A stretch of 63,381 bases of DNA, counting the filler, from Octopus bimaculoides (lineage: Eukaryota), in the NCBI RefSeq assembly GCF_001194135.2. It is 4 parts of 4 records of this genome, joined end to end, with 100 filler letters (N's around TTAATTAATTAA, not from the genome) between each part and the next. Parts side by side here need not be neighbours in the genome. Positions count along the whole stretch, not along the records: positions 60,428 to 63,381 come from NC_068986.1; 3 more parts are not named here. One strand, given 5' to 3'. The notes under the pieces are model-generated. The model was given only the letters and a program-made list of their open reading frames with translations. It made no database searches and was not told the DNA's origin. The stretch's first letter is position 1. Each line of letters begins with the position of its first letter. This document shows, in pieces, positions 62,055 to 63,381 of this stretch. A program made the position numbers and the translations under genes.

Positions 62055-62527
62055 AAGGCCAGCGGACTCGCAGTCATAGGAAGGCGGTTTCGATTCTCAG
62101 ACCGGACATTGTGAGTGTTTATTGGGCGAAAACACCTAAAGCTCCACGAGGCTCCGGCTGGGGGTGTTGGTGAATCCTGCTGTACTCTTTCACCACAACT
62201 TTCTCTCATTCTTAATTCCTGTTTCTGTTGTGCCTGTATTTCAAAGGACCAGCCTTGCCACACTGTGTCACGCTGAATCTCCCCGAGAACTACGTGTCTG
62301 TGGAGTGCTCAGACACTTGCACGTTAATAAATGAGCTCCGACGTCACTGGTGCCAAGCTGTATGGGCCATTTCCTTTCCCTGGGATAACATCGGTGGCGT
62401 GGAGAGAGGAGACTGATATGCATGGGCGACTGCTGGTCTTTCATAAACAACCTTGCCCGGACTTGTGCCTCGGAGGGTAACTTTCTAGGTGCAATCCCAT
62501 GGTCAGTCATGACCGAAGAGGGTCACA
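62055..62527 (+). mobile_element. SINE family D, long copy
   Basis: ggactcgcagtcatagga...ggtttcgattc head shared with 27779-27953, plus a longer 3' body. Confidence 0.75.
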
Positions 62528-62929
62528 ACAATATTAAGACGGATAACTCCAACTGGATTATGGGATTCACACGCAGCGTTTAGCGATAGGTTCTGCGGCT
62601 TTTCTGTGTAATTATTTATCGTAGTGTAGAGTGTGAACTAGAGAGGGGGCGGACAGAGAGAGAGAGACAGAGAGAGGGGGTGGTAGAGGCAAAGACAGAG
62701 TGAAAGGGAGGAAGTGAGAGAAGGAGGATGTGAGAAGGTAAGGAAGGGGGACACAGAGGAAAGAGAAACAAGAGATTGAAACATTAATACAAAGAGCAAC
62801 GAAGGGGAGGGAGGTGAATCATGATCGTGAAAAAGGCGGAGATTCCGACACGTATTTTATTTATTCCGTAATAAAATCGTTTCCCTTTTAAAACCTATTT
62901 TACAATAAACACAAGACAATGACTTTCAC

Positions 62930-63310
62930 ACGCACGCAAACATGCACGCATACTTACATACATGCATATACGTACAATTACACATAGGAACACATAAACT
63001 ATATATATATATATATATACACATATATACACACATTATGCATGCCTGTATGGAGTTACACAAACACGCTCACTGTAATGCTATTTACGTATGTCAAGAT
63101 GTAATTACTGAAACAAAACAAATATACACAAATTTGCGCACATTCACAAACATGAACGTATAAATATATATACATTAACGCACATACATACAAACACATA
63201 AACATACATGCACACACATACATTCATACATATATTCATATGTATATAAATATATATATACATACATACACACGCTACATATATGCATACATACATGCAC
63301 GCATACATAC

Positions 63311-63363
<53 letters not shown>

Positions 63364-63381
63364 TATATATATATATATATA
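62930..63381 (+). repeat. (TA)/(CATA)/(CA) low complexity
   Basis: Visible composition. Confidence 0.85.

Noticed and set aside
9478-62527. tRNA genes at A-box/B-box motifs
   Set aside because: Each is the head of a multi-copy SINE followed by SINE body sequence, with no full cloverleaf evident.

Overview
This is an AT-rich eukaryotic window, full of microsatellites and gaps. I recognise its tRNA-derived SINEs from memory as octopus-type, so it is most likely an Octopus (coleoid cephalopod) draft assembly. I cannot support any intact host protein-coding gene, rRNA, tRNA or CRISPR array. Most long ORFs in the track are artefacts of N-runs or microsatellites. The window is a layered collection of decayed transposons: (1) a near-full-length degenerate RTE LINE (40.9-44.7 kb, minus) plus three or four other RTE fragments; (2) a near-full-length degenerate Penelope-like element (37.5-40.25 kb, minus), three more GIY-YIG remnants, and two inverted pLTR-like structures; (3) a 2.05-kb Ty3/Gypsy element with both LTRs, PBS, PPT and TSD but with RT/RNase H deleted; (4) a HERO-like RT fragment; (5) Tigger, hAT and mariner remnants, a 96-bp TIR element, and about 20 SINE copies from roughly five families. 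Three identical N44-TTAATTAATTAA-N44 linkers are artificial scaffold joins, so adjacency across them is not trustworthy. I found no convincing new biological system. The best leads are candidate retroelement ribozymes, the RT-less Gypsy, the HERO fragment, inverted repeats that could form dsRNA, and a weak chain of candidate micro-exons. Family assignments come from manual translation and remembered motifs, not from database searches, and element boundaries are approximate unless stated.
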